Positions 20,183 through 31,329 of a stretch of DNA of 64,000 bases are shown here, piece by piece (position 1 is the first letter of the stretch; every line of letters starts with the position of its first letter). The translations under genes and the position numbers were made by a program. The notes under the pieces were generated by a model, which ran no database searches, was not told where the DNA came from, and saw nothing but the letters and a program-made list of their open reading frames with translations. The stretch is from Prasinococcaceae sp. CCMP 1430. Taxonomy: Eukaryota; Plantae; Prasinodermophyta. Where the stretch lies: the NCBI GenBank assembly GCA_013416795.1, contig RQSC01000028.1, positions 276,480 to 340,479 of the forward strand, written 5' to 3'.

Positions 20183-21940
20183 TCAATTTCCCTCCATCGA
20201 GCGCAGCTCGGCGGCCTTCTCCGTGTACGCCTTGGACGCCTCCTCCGCTGTAGCGAACGAGCCAATCGAGATCATCCTCGAGCGGAAGCTGATCTGCGCC
20301 ACGTAGGGCTTCGCGCCGCCCTTCTTCAGCTTGGTCACGCCGCGCAACTTAGTGGTTGTGTTGCGCACGGTGGACTCGCGCTGCAGGTAGGCGAAGCGCA
20401 GCGGGTTGATCGTCTTGCCATCCGACTGAAAGTTGAGGATGGCCTTGTCGCCGTACAGTGACGTGGCTGCCTCGTCGTGTGCACTCGCGGCCTCAGCCTC
20501 GGTATCGAACATGACGCCCACCTCCTTGTACTTCCCGTGGCCCTTGTACACCCGCGCAGCCCACTTGCCGGACGCCTTGCGCCAGGACACACCGCGAAAT
20601 TTGGAGCTGCGATTGCCGGCGGACGCCTTCTTCTCGGACTCAGCGACGGCGGCCATTTTCTCTTCCTCTGTGCGCTTCAGCTTCTTGGCCTTGGCGGCCT
20701 CCGTGGCCTCCTTGGCAGCAGCTGCGCTGGCCGCAGTCTTGGCCTTCTTCTTAGGCGGCTCGCCCTTCGCCTCCTTCTCCTTGCCCGCCTTCTTGTCCGT
20801 CTCCTTGGACTTGTCCTTGCCCTGCACGATCGTCCGCGCGAGGCCCAGGGGTTAGCAGCGCGCCTCTGGGGCGGGCTCGGGCACACGTCGCGCACGCACC
20901 CCCACCCAGGCAGGCGCACGCGCGGCGCGGCGCGGCGCGGACGCACGGGCAGAGCGCGGTCGACGCGCAGCGGGGCGCGCCGAGGTACGCACCCTCTTGG
21001 CACTTTGCCTCTCCTTCTTCGCCTTCTCCGCCTGGGCTCTCTTTGCCTCCTTTGCCGCGGTCTTGGCGGCCTCCGCCGCCTCCTTTTCCCTGGCTTCATT
21101 CGCCTCAGCAGCACGAACAGCCTCTTGGTGCTCGTCGGGAAAGTTAAGCGTCTTGACCTTGCCAGCCTCCGCGCTCGCCTGCGCGCACCACGGGGTGCTC
21201 GGCTCGTCAGAGCGCGCGGTCGCGCACGACATGCACGCGCGCGCTTCGATGGACGGCATGGCGTACAGAGTGTATGGGGTGGTGCTTGTGGATTGCGGTG
21301 GCCGCGCGTGGGCTGGGGGTGGGGTGGGGCACGCGGGTGCGCCACGGCAGCCGCTGGCTCGCGCGCTCACCTTGTCGTATGCGCGCGCTGCATCCATCTC
21401 GGTCGCAAACCTCCCGAGCGCGACCTTGATCCCATCGCGGCGCATCGAAGCGAAGAACTTGCCGCTGCTGCGGTCGAGGGAGACGCCGCGGTACTTGGAG
21501 GTCTTGCCCGCGGGCTTCGCAGCCGCGACGGCGATTTCCTTGGTCCGCGAGATCTTCTCGGCCTCCTTCTGCGCCTTCCGTTCCGCACGCTCGTCCGCCT
21601 TTTTCTTCTTGGCGGCCTCGCGCTCAGCGGCCTTTTGTTCGCGCTTCTCCTCGCGTGCCTTCGCCTTGCGCTCGCGCTCCTCCCTCTGCTTCTCCATCTT
21701 CAGCTGCTTCTCCTTCTCCTTGGCCTTTACCTTGGCCTTTGCGGGCTGCTTCATGTTGGCCCTCGCCTTGGCGACAGCGTCCTCGGCCTTCTTCTTGGCC
21801 TTGGGGTCGTCAGCCCTCTTGCGCGCGGCGCCCTGGGCGCCCTGTGCCCCTGCCCGGTGCTTGCCCGCCGCGTCCTTGGCGCGCTGCGTAGCGGCCGAGT
21901 ATTTCATCGTGCCCACGCCCGACATGGCGTTCGCCGGCAT
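20183..21940 (-). CDS. Lys/Ala/Glu-rich protein with three AP2 DNA-binding domains; introns 21370-21179 and 20992-20822; probably 5'-partial
   Basis: SKYRGVSLDR...LGRFATEMDAARAYDK; SKFRGVSWRKASGKWAARV...FDTEAEAASAHDEAA...ILNF; LRGVTK...IGSFATAEEASKAY. Both introns are canonical and in frame. A tag acceptor lies immediately before ATG 21940. Confidence 0.85.
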
Positions 21941-22083
21941 CTAGACCGCCACCGTGGCGCCACCGCCACACCACAGCCGAGAGGACGGCAGTGGCCGAAA
22001 GGCGGCCGCCGCGGCGGCCACCGCCGCCGCCGGAGGACAGCGACGGCCGCGCGCAGCGGGCGCGCGGCAGGCCAGCAGGCGCG

Positions 22084-22084
22084 N
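22084..22084. other. Ambiguous base, probable assembly join
   Basis: Single n. The genes on both sides appear 5'-truncated towards it. Confidence 0.7.
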
Positions 22085-22719
22085 CCGTGGGCGCGGGTGG
22101 GGTCGTGCCCAAGCACATGCTCACCTCATCGCTCGCTATCGACTGCGAGATGGTCGGCATCGGCGCGAGCGGTTCGCGGTCGGTGCTCGCGCGCGTCTCA
22201 ATCGTCAACGAGCACAGCGAGACGGTGTATGATTCGTACTGCAAGCCGCGCGAGCGCGTGGTGGACTTCCGCACCTTCGTGTCGGGCATCCGGCCGCACC
22301 ACATCAAGACCGCGCCACCGCTCGAGGTCGTGCGCGGCGAAGTCGCCCGCCTCATGGAGTCGCGTCGCATCATCGGCCACGCGGTGCACAACGACCTGAA
22401 CGCGCTGCAGCTCATCCACCCGCCGCACCTCATCCGCGACACGGCCAAGTATCCGCCATACCTGCGCGAGAGCGGCAAGCCCATGTCGCTCAAGGACCTC
22501 GCGCTGAGGCACCTCGGGACCAGCATCCAGGGCGGCTCGCACTCGTCCGTCGACGACGCGCGCGCCACCATGGGGCTCTACCTGCTGCACAAGAAGGCCT
22601 GGGAGGCCGCCCTCGCCAAGGGCACGGCGCTGCCACAGCGCATGGCGACGGCGGGTGACACCCACGACAAAGGCGGCAGGCGGTCCAAAACCAACGCCGG
22701 CAAAACCACGAGGAAATAG
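22085..22719 (+). CDS. REXO4: RNA exonuclease 4 (DEDDh), 5'-partial
   Basis: LAIDCEMVGIG, LARVSIVN, VVDFRTFVSGI, IIGHAVHNDL, IRDTAKY, SLKDLA, IQGGSHSSVDDARATM. Confidence 0.9.
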
Positions 22720-22928
22720 CCGCGCGGAGCATGTATTAAATTTGTATCCCATCCACTGTGCGCCGGCGGGGGGGGGGGGGTGCCGCCGCCGGCCGCGGCG
22801 TCCCTCCGCATTCGATCTGACCATATCTTACAAACCCTACACTCATTCACCCAAATCACCAATCTCGACGACGCGCGCGCCGCGTACGCGCGCGGAACGC
22901 CCCTCCCGTCGTAATATGACTGACGCCC

Positions 22929-23018
22929 GCTCCGGGTTCCGACACCCGGTCGAATCGGGGGTGCGTCGTGATCAACCGGTCTGCTCCGGTTCCGACGCGC
23001 GATCGAATCGGGGGTGCG
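22929..23018 (+). repeat. Imperfect direct repeat of about 36 bp in a promoter region
   Basis: gctccgggttccgacacccggtcgaatcgggggtgcg (22929-22965) versus gctccggttccgacgcgcgatcgaatcgggggtgcg (22983-23018). Confidence 0.8.
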
Positions 23019-23348
23019 GTGCCGCACGCGCAGTTGCGTTCAGCGCCTGCCTTTGCCCGGCCGGCGGAGAGACGTTCGTGCGGAGGTTCGCAGGCGTTGC
23101 GAGCAGTTCGAGCCGAAGTTCATTCGGCCGAGGCTTTTGCGATTTTGTTCTATCTGACTCGATCTGATGGCTCTCCGCATGCGATCTGATGTGCCGAACG
23201 ACGGGATCGGCGTCGGCGTCGCTTTTTGCGGGCGGCGGCGGCGGCGGCCACAGCGCGCGCGCGCGCTGCGGGGGGGCGGAAGGGGGTTGGGAGGGCGGCA
23301 CCGCGCGACCGCGGCGCGCGGCGCGCGGGGTAGGGCGGCCGGTGCGCC

Positions 23349-25582
23349 ATGAGCGGCGCCGCCGGCTCGGTGGTGGACACGGCGCCTCTGGAGTTGGACG
23401 CAGCGGTGGGGGGGGAAGCGATTGCCCAGGCTGAAGCGGAGAGAGCCGAAGCGCCCCCCATGGGCGCGGATGAAGGCGGAGGCGGTGCCGGTGGCGAGGC
23501 AGGCGACGGTGGCGGCGGCGGCGGCGACGGCGGTGACGGCGCGTCAGCCCCAAAGGCGGACGCCGAGGCCGGCGCAGCCGAGGTCGGCGCACAGGTCGCG
23601 GAGGATCCCCCGACGAAGAAGCGACCCGCGGAAGACCTCGATGCTGACGATGGTGACGACGGCGACGAGGTGGGCGGCGACGGCGGAGACGATGGAGACG
23701 ATGGAGAAAACGCGGCGGATGGCGTGGCGGAAGGCGCTGACGGAAAGCCTGCTGCGAAGCGCCGGCGTAGCGGCAAGCGCGGCGGCAAGAATCGCAAGAA
23801 GGACGGCGCAGGCAAGAAAGAGGAGGGCGTGCCGACGGGTCCGACAGCAAGTGCCGCGACTGCGCCGAAGGCGGCGGGCTCTGCGCTGCCAGGCACGAAG
23901 CGCATGATCAAGGTGCCGTACGCGCTGGCGGGCTTCGTGATTGGCAAGCACGGCGACGTGGTCAAGGGGCTCGAGAAGCGCTCGGGCGTCAAGATCCGCG
24001 TCGAGAAGGAGAGCGAGATGGAGAAGGGCACCGTCGCTCCTCAGCGCCGTATCTACCTCGAAGGCCCCCCGGGCGCGGTTGAGGCGGCCGTCCAGGAGGT
24101 CCATCGCCTCGCCAAGGCGGGCATTGCCGTCAAAGTCGGTCAGGGTGTGCCCAAGCCAGGCGCTGGCATGCCACCGATGGGCGGACCCGGCGTTGGCGGC
24201 CCTGGCCCGATGGGTCCCGGAGGGATGATGGGCTCGGGGAGACCGATGGGCCCGGGAGGGCCGATGGGTCCTGGGGGGCCGATGGGCCCGGGAGGGCCGA
24301 TGGGTCCTGGAGGGCCGATGGGCCCGGGAGGGCCGATGGGTCCTGGAGGGCCGATGGGCCCGGGCGGCGCGACACGCGCTGGCCCTGGCATGCCCGGAGG
24401 CCCGATGCCAGGCAAGACCGTGAACTTCCGCATGACCATCCCGCGGGAAAAGGTGGGCTCGATGCTCGGTCACGGCGGTGACATCAACCGCGATATGGTT
24501 GCTCGCTCAGGTGTCGACTCCATCCAGATCAACACCGACCCCCAGGTCGTCAAGGCGAACCCCACCGTGCGGCAGCTCATCATCGTCGGTTCGCAACCCG
24601 CCATCGAGGCTGCTCGCCGCATGATCGAGAACGTCCTCGCTGGTAGGCCGCATGCTGCCGGTGCGCCGGCGCCAGGTCAGAGAGGGGCGGGGATGATGGG
24701 TGCCGCTGGCATGCCCGGCGGCCCAGGCATGCCAGGCCCCGGAACCCAGAGACCAGGCATGAAGGGACCCGGCGTGGGCGCAGGCCCCAGGGGTGGCCCT
24801 ATAGGCGGCATGGGCGGTCCGCAGGGCGGCATGGGCGGTCCGCAGAGCGGCATGAGCGGCATGGGCGGTCCGCAGGGCGGCATGGGCGGTCCGCAGGGCG
24901 GCATGGGCGGTCCGCAGGGCGGCATGGGCGGTCCGCAGGGCGGCATGGGCGGTCCGCAGGGCGGCATGGGCGGTCCGCAGGGCGGCATGGGCGGTCCACA
25001 GGGCGGCCCCATGGGCGGTCCGCAGGGCGGCATGGGCGGCCCCTTAGGCGGCTCCATGGGCGGTCCGCAGGGCGGCATGGGCGGGCCGCAGGGCAGCATG
25101 GGCGGCCCCATGGGCCGCTCCATGGGCGGGCCGCAGGGCGGGATGGGCGGCCCGCAGGGCGGTCCCGCTTCTGGTATGAGCGGCCGCCCTGGGCAAGGTA
25201 TGACGGGCAGCGGCCCCGGTGGTGCACCTGGCAGCGTCCTGGGCGGAGTCGGTGGAATGCCGGCCGGCAGCGTGCTGGGTGGAACGGGCATGGGCATGGG
25301 CATGGGCATGACAGGTGGCATGCCCGCGGCGGCTGCCTCGCCCATGGGTGGCGCGCGCAGGCCAGCTGGTATGCCCGCCGGCAACGCAGCGCAGCAGCAG
25401 ATGCAGTCGCCAATGGGCAGCGCACGCGGGCCGGGTGGTATGCCCACCGGCAACCCGGCGCAGCAGCAAATGGTGTCCGCCATGGGCCAACTTCCGCAGC
25501 AACAGGGCACCATGGGGCAGCAAATGGGCATGCAACAAGGTGGCATGCAGCAACAGCAGCAAAGGCCGATGCAGCAGCTGAT

Positions 25583-25613
<31 letters not shown>

Positions 25614-26227
25614 ATCCAGATGCAGACACCTATGCAGCAGCAGTCGATGGGCATGCAAGGGCAGGGGCAGCCGATGGGCATGCAGGCGCAACAGCAGAAT
25701 CCCTCGGGCGTCATGCAACAGCAACTCCAGCAGCAGATGCCGCAGTCAGGGCCTTTCAGCAACAGCAGTCTCCAGCAGGCGCCTGCACAGCAGCAGATGC
25801 TGGTGCAGCAAATGGGCGGTATGCTGCAGGCCAACACGCAGCAGCGACAGCCCCAGCAACAGCAGATGGGTAGCATGCATCAGAACCCCATGCAACAGCA
25901 GGTTCAAGCGCAGCAGCATCAGATGCTTGCAGGCGCGCAGCAGACGATGCAGCAGCCGCAGGCAATGCAGCAGCAGTACGCAATGCAGCAGCCGCAGGCA
26001 GTACAACAGCCGCAGGCGATGCACCAGCCGCAGGCGATGCACCAGCCGCAGGCAGTGCAGCAGACGCAGGGAGTGCAGCAGGCCCAGCCGCAACAGATGA
26101 TCGCGGGCGCACAGCAGGCCATTCAGCAAGCGCAAGCCATGCAGCAGGCACAGCAGCAGCAGCCGCAGCTCCTGACGGCTGGCGGTCTGCAGCCGCAACT
26201 GCAAGCGCTCGGGCAGCTCGTGCAGGC

Positions 26228-26268
<41 letters not shown>

Positions 26269-26372
26269 CGCCGCTGCCGGCGGGGTGGACGGAGGGGCGC
26301 GACCCCGCCAGCGGCGCGCCTTACTACTTCAACGCTGCCCTCAATAGGACGCAGTGGGAGAGGCCCAGTTGA
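23349..26372 (+). CDS. KH-domain RNA-binding protein (2 KH domains) with a G/M/P/Q low-complexity region and C-terminal WW domain
   Basis: KH1 [16 protein letters not shown]...SGVKIRV; KH2 [14 protein letters not shown]...IIVGS; WW domain [31 protein letters not shown]. Intronless, 1007 aa. Confidence 0.85.
24243..24368 (+). repeat. Coding tandem repeat, 7 x 18 nt (PMGPGG), with two variants alternating
   Basis: ccgatgggcccgggaggg alternates with ccgatgggtcctgg(a/g)ggg. Confidence 0.9.
24804..25160 (+). repeat. Coding tandem repeat, 21-nt unit (GGMGGPQ); about 9 near-perfect copies then degenerate copies
   Basis: ggcggcatgggcggtccgcag repeated head-to-tail with one 9-nt insertion and no spacers. 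Confidence 0.9.
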
Positions 26373-26482
26373 TGCCAGCCAAAACAGCCTCTGCTTAAAT
26401 CCAAAGCTTCTTGTCCGGCACGGGCCACTCTTTAGCTACACGGTGCGTCGGTGTTGCTGGGGCTAGAGCTAGAGAGACGTCA

Positions 26483-27487
26483 TCACACGAGTAGGTCGAC
26501 GAGTATCGCCGCCAAGAAGCCAAGGAAGAACATGCTGTCGACGTAGACAGGCAGATGCTTCCCTGACGAGTGTGCCTCGACGAGCAATTCCTCGGTCACC
26601 AGGTAGAGCAGCGCGGCCATGCCGCCGCTCAGAAGGCCGACGCGCAGCGCCAGGTTGGACTCGGCCGCGTGCCCGGCCGCAGAAGACACGGCGCCACCAA
26701 GGGGCAGGGCGAGCGCCGTGAAAACGACGCCGGCGACGGCACGAAGGCGCGGTTGTCCGGCGAGTGCGGCCGCCATCGTCGCGCCGAGGAAGCCCATTTC
26801 GACCGTCAGCGCCGCCGCGAGCACGAGTGCGGCCCGCGCGCCCACTGTGGCGGAGGACAGCCCGAGCAGCGAACCGTCCACGAGCGCGTCAATTGCCACC
26901 GCGGCGCACAGCGACGCTGGAAACGGTGGCACGCGGCCGGTCGTGAGAGGAGGTGGGGGGGACTGAGCTTCATGTTCGAGGAGCCTGCCAATGGGCTCGT
27001 CGTCAGACTCAGTGGCTGCGGCAGCCGCCTCGGCGCATCGAAGGCAGCGCTCCGACTTGCTCTGTTGCCGTCGTGTGACAGTGCTCTCCTGCGCGGCGAG
27101 GAGCCGCCCCCCTTCCTCGTCAGCTACCTGGTTCGACGCTAGCAGCGGCTCGTGGTGGTCGTGGTGCTCATCGTCGTCCCCGTCCTCAGCGCCATGTGTG
27201 ACCGCCTCGAGCAGAAGCATGACGCAAACACCTGCGATGAAGCCGCCGGCGGCGGCGGCCGTCGCGCGCGCATCGCCGCGCGCCGCCATCACCTCTGGGA
27301 GCACTTCGGCGGCCACGGCGGCCGTGACGAGCCCGGCCGCGAGGTGCTGCATGGCCGCCAGCGCATAGCTTCGCGGCGCGAGCAAAGCGCCGCCGCAGCC
27401 AAACACAAGCAGCCCCGCCAGTGCGAACGCCGCGAACGGCGCCCCGAGCGCCAGCACCGTGGAGGAGGCGCTCGCGCCAGCGGCCAT
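26483..27487 (-). CDS. ZIP-family (ZupT/GufA-like) metal transporter
   Basis: MQHLAAGLVTAAVAAEVLPE, His-rich loop DDDEHHDHHE, AVAIDALVDGSLLGL, ALTVEMGFLG, LLYLVTEELLVEAH. Confidence 0.85.
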   Translation of the reverse strand: MAAGASASSTVLALGAPFAAFALAGLLVFGCGGALLAPRSYALAAMQHLAAGLVTAAVAAEVLPEVMAARGDARATAAAAGGFIAGVCVMLLLEAVTHGAEDGDDDEHHDHHEPLLASNQVADEEGGRLLAAQESTVTRRQQSKSERCLRCAEAAAAATESDDEPIGRLLEHEAQSPPPPLTTGRVPPFPASLCAAVAIDALVDGSLLGLSSATVGARAALVLAAALTVEMGFLGATMAAALAGQPRLRAVAGVVFTALALPLGGAVSSAAGHAAESNLALRVGLLSGGMAALLYLVTEELLVEAHSSGKHLPVYVDSMFFLGFLAAILVDLLV

Positions 27488-27795
27488 CTTCGCCGCCGCG
27501 CGCGTGCGGCGTCCCAACACGCCCGGACGCGAATGCGGCGGCGACGAGGCTGCGGCAGTTGCCCGCACGCACAGTGCCAGCGCTCTGTTTTCCTGCGGAG
27601 GGAGAGGAGGGGGGAGGGGGGGTACGCCGCGCTGGTAACGCGGGCGCATAGCAGTTTGCATGCCTCCACCGAAACGGGTCTCCCGTGGTTAATTTTGTTT
27701 TACGGACGAGAGTTGCGTGAGTTGCGTGCGAGCGGGCTGGCAGCTGTGCCACAGATCGCGCGCGTTCTCGCCCGCCCCGCCCGCGGGCGCGGGCG

Positions 27796-29571
27796 ATGGG
27801 GGCGGCGCGGCAGCGCAGGTGCGCCTCGGCGGCGCTCGTGGCCGTCGCGCTGGCGATTGCGGCTCTCGTCGCGCTCGCCTCCGGCAGGCTCGGCGCCGCG
27901 CGCGCACGCCCCACAGCGTCCCAACAGCGGCAAGCGGCAGCGGCAGCAGCGGCGGGAGGCTGCGGCAGCGAACTCCGCCCCCCCTGCAGCGATGCTGTCC
28001 CAGACAGTGAGCGCCCCCTGGGCGGCGGCAGTGGCGGCATCGCGAGGGGGTCGAGCTGGCCAGACCAGTCGCAGCGACTGCTCCTTGGGGCAGACGGCCG
28101 CAGCGCGCGCTTGTCGCGCGCGGCAGTTGCCGAGGCCGCCGCGGCCTTCGCCGTTGAGACCATCCTCGCGAAGCTCGGGCTGTTAGAGGACAGAGCGCCG
28201 GACGGGTCGACGGCCGCGTTCGCTGCCGGGGCCGGCAGGGACGGGGATCCGTTTGCCTTCGCGGCCACGCAGAGCGAATTCGCTGGCGGTGGCCTAACAC
28301 GCGGGCGCTTGGTTGAAATGCGCCACTTGGCGCCGCTATTGTCAGACGCAGATTTGGAGCACGTGCTTCGTTCGTTCGTGAAGGCGCAGGAGCGGCGAGA
28401 GTGTGCTGGCGCGCGCTGGTGGGTTGACGCCAACGACACGGATGTCACCGGTGCGCCGAACGCGACGAGCAACGTCGGAGCGCGTCAGTGTGAGTTCACG
28501 GGCTCGGTGATCAACGCCGGCCTTTTCAAGACAGGGACCACGTCTACCACGGCTGCTCTCAAGAAGCTCGGATACCATTGCAATATCGACACGGCGGAGC
28601 TCGTGAGAAAAGTGTTCGAGGCGCGCACTGCGGCCCCGGGCCGGGACGCTGCGTCCGTGCTTCTGGAAAGGCTAGCGCCGCACCACGTGACGGAGAGAGA
28701 TCGAGTCGCGATGACGCACTGGCTGCAAATGAATACCGAGGCGGTCGCCTACAATGGGAGTATCGGGGAGGTCCCCGACAAGCGTACGATTGCCGAGGCA
28801 ATCAAGGTCCCTGTCCAGGGGTCTTGTGGCTTCTGGCTTGGCAGAGACATGCGAGGCTACTCACGCCACCTCGACATGGAGGACTTTTGGGATCTGCACG
28901 AGCTGCCCAACCGCTTGCAGGCGCTCGGCCTTCTTCCCTTCGTAAAGCTCGTAGCGGCCAACGCGAGGAACTTCGGGGACGGGCCGTGGCTGGCCTTATA
29001 CAGGGAGTTAGACGGCTGGCTCGATGGCAATGCCCGCTTCGTGCTGACGACCCGCTCCAGTCCAACTGAAGCAGCGGCGAGCAACATAGTGATGATGCGT
29101 TCCATCGGGAATTTCGATACCACGATGAGATGGCGCCGGAACGCAAAGACTGGGCACGGGCCGTATGCAGACGGCGACGCGGCACTCCACCAGCTCGCGA
29201 TGCTCGAGGTCGAGCAAGATCTGAACAGGACCTCGACCATGAAAGCTCAGAGTGCCACCGCGGACAGCCCGAGAGCACGCTTGCGCGAAGAGGGCTTCAT
29301 GCTTCGGGACCGGCGGCGCTACGTCACCCACGTGCTCGAGGTGCTCGAGTATTTTGCCGCGCGGCCCTGCCGGCTGCTCGTGCTCAACTACGAGCGCGCG
29401 CCCTCCGACCGCGCCTGCTGGTCGCAGCTGGCCGCGCACCTGGGCTGCCCGGCCGTGCCGGCGGCGCCCTTCCCCGCACAGAACACGCGCAAGCAGCGCG
29501 ACCGCCGCAGCGCAGGTGGTGTACATGGCAGGAGCCTCGGGAGGGGCGATGCGGCGAGGGGCGCACACTAA
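27796..29571 (+). CDS. Signal-anchored sulfotransferase-like P-loop protein (Sulfotransfer_4-like)
   Basis: N-terminal TM. VINAGLFKTGTTSTTAALKKLGY, ARFVLTTRS and RLLVLNYE...WSQLAAHLGCPAVPAAPFP match the pattern of this family. Confidence 0.65.
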   Translation: MGAARQRRCASAALVAVALAIAALVALASGRLGAARARPTASQQRQAAAAAAAGGCGSELRPPCSDAVPDSERPLGGGSGGIARGSSWPDQSQRLLLGADGRSARLSRAAVAEAAAAFAVETILAKLGLLEDRAPDGSTAAFAAGAGRDGDPFAFAATQSEFAGGGLTRGRLVEMRHLAPLLSDADLEHVLRSFVKAQERRECAGARWWVDANDTDVTGAPNATSNVGARQCEFTGSVINAGLFKTGTTSTTAALKKLGYHCNIDTAELVRKVFEARTAAPGRDAASVLLERLAPHHVTERDRVAMTHWLQMNTEAVAYNGSIGEVPDKRTIAEAIKVPVQGSCGFWLGRDMRGYSRHLDMEDFWDLHELPNRLQALGLLPFVKLVAANARNFGDGPWLALYRELDGWLDGNARFVLTTRSSPTEAAASNIVMMRSIGNFDTTMRWRRNAKTGHGPYADGDAALHQLAMLEVEQDLNRTSTMKAQSATADSPRARLREEGFMLRDRRRYVTHVLEVLEYFAARPCRLLVLNYERAPSDRACWSQLAAHLGCPAVPAAPFPAQNTRKQRDRRSAGGVHGRSLGRGDAARGAH

Positions 29572-29890
29572 GCGGGCGCCCGGCGGCGACTGCGTGCCAG
29601 TGAGAGCGCCGCCAGCCGCTGCGCCGCGGCAGCAGCGGCGCCATCCATGGGCCACACCCGGACGCTGTCATGCTAGCACCGTGAACGAACGATTCTGATG
29701 GGTTTTCACGCGAATGTGACGCGATGCCAGCCAGTGCCCATTTTCAGCCGGGCCCGAAATTCAAAAGGCAGAGGAGAAAGAAAGAGGGGGGAAGGTCGGC
29801 TCAGTGGGCCCCGCTGCCGGGGCTGATCGCGCCGGCGGCCACACGGCGGACGCGGCGGCGGCAGGGGCGCGGCGGTGGCGAGCGCGCGCC

Positions 29891-30903
29891 ATGTCGCGTC
29901 CCGAGCTCTACGGCCCGGCGACGGTCGTGTACAACAAGGAGGCCGCCGCCAAATACACCGACGCATCGCGCAACGTTGAGATCCAGGCCAAGCTCACGGC
30001 GCGCGCCATCGAGCTGCTCGCGCTGCCCAAGGACGGCAAGAGGAAGTTCCTGCTCGATGTGGGCTGCGGCTCGGGCCTCTCGGGCGAGCACATCACCGAA
30101 GCGGGCCACACGTGGGTCGGCACAGATATCTCCGAGGTGCGCGCGCCGGGCAAAGCCGAGGCCCTCCCTGTCCCTCTCACTCTCTCGCGCGAGCGCGTGC
30201 GCCGCGCCCCCGCGCCCTCGCTGACGCCGCACTGCACCCGCGGCCGCCCGGAACATACCAGGACATGCTCAACATCTGCGAGGAGCGCGAGAGTGGCGGG
30301 AGCGTGTGCAGGTCAGACATGGGCGATGGCTTGCCATTCCGCTCGAACTCGTTCGACGGCTGCGTGTCCATCTCAGCGGTGCAGTGGCTCTGCAACGCAG
30401 ACCGCTCCTGCGACGTCCCCAAGCTGCGCTTGAAGCGCTTCTTCACCAGCCTGTACCGCTGCCTCGTGCGCGGCTCGCGCGCCGTGCTGCAGTTCTACCC
30501 GCACTCACCCGAGCAGGCTGAGCTCATCACAACAAGCGCAATGAAGGCAGGCTTCTCCGGTGGCCTCGTGGTCGACTACCCCAACTCGACCAAGGCGAAG
30601 AAGTACTACCTCGTGCTCATGGCCGGCGCGCCGTGCATGGAGGTCCCGCTCGGTGAGGGCGCCGCCGGGGAGGCCATGGGGGCTGACGACGTCTACCAGC
30701 AGGGTTATGGGCAGGCGGGTATGGGTGGCAAGGGCTTGTCGCTCGGCAAGCGCGCTCGCCAGCTGCAGAAGGGGCGCAGGAATGAGCCAGAGGTGAAGGG
30801 CAAAGCGTGGGTGAACAAGAACAAGGAAAAGCGAAGGGCGAGGGGGCTCGAGGTTAAGCGGGACTCCAAGTACACAGCAAGGAAGCGCAAGGCGAGGTTC
30901 TGA
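29891..30903 (+). CDS. BUD23: 18S rRNA m7G methyltransferase, 2 exons (29891-30136, 30262-30903)
   Basis: MSRPELYGP, LLDVGCGSGLSG, FDGCVSISAVQWLCNA, GFSGGLVVDYPNSTKAKKYYLVL and C-terminal DSKYTARKRKARF. Canonical in-frame intron. Confidence 0.95.
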
Positions 30904-31329
30904 GCGCCTTGTCTTTTTTAAAAACATGTACATACTGTGACAGCACTCGATAGTGGCCGAGCATTGCGTGCACTGGTGCGCTCATCAGCGCAGCCATCGT
31001 CGCGCGGGGCCTCAAAAGTCTCAGGTGTACGTAGCAGCAAGGCGTGTTATAAGGATTGGTGCTCGCCGCGTTGCTCTCGTCTTCTGAGCTTCCACGACAT
31101 CGCGAGCCCCCCGCCTTCCTCCCTTGCCGCGCCCGCCACCCCAGCCCCCGGCACCAGGCCGCCCGCACACGCGGGCGCCCACTCGGCGCGCACTGTGCAG
31201 CCCAGCGTGCCCGGCGGATCTAAGCGGTGTCACTCAGCTTCCTGCAGCAGCAGGAGCGAACGCTGCTCGTGTCTTTTCTCCTAATCAATCGTTGCTCGAA
31301 CGGATCACCGCCACAGTGGCAGGTGGGGC

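Noticed and set aside
24804-25160. 21-nt repeat array as a possible CRISPR array
   Set aside because: No unique spacers, unit length is a multiple of 3, it lies within a eukaryotic coding frame, and there are no cas genes.
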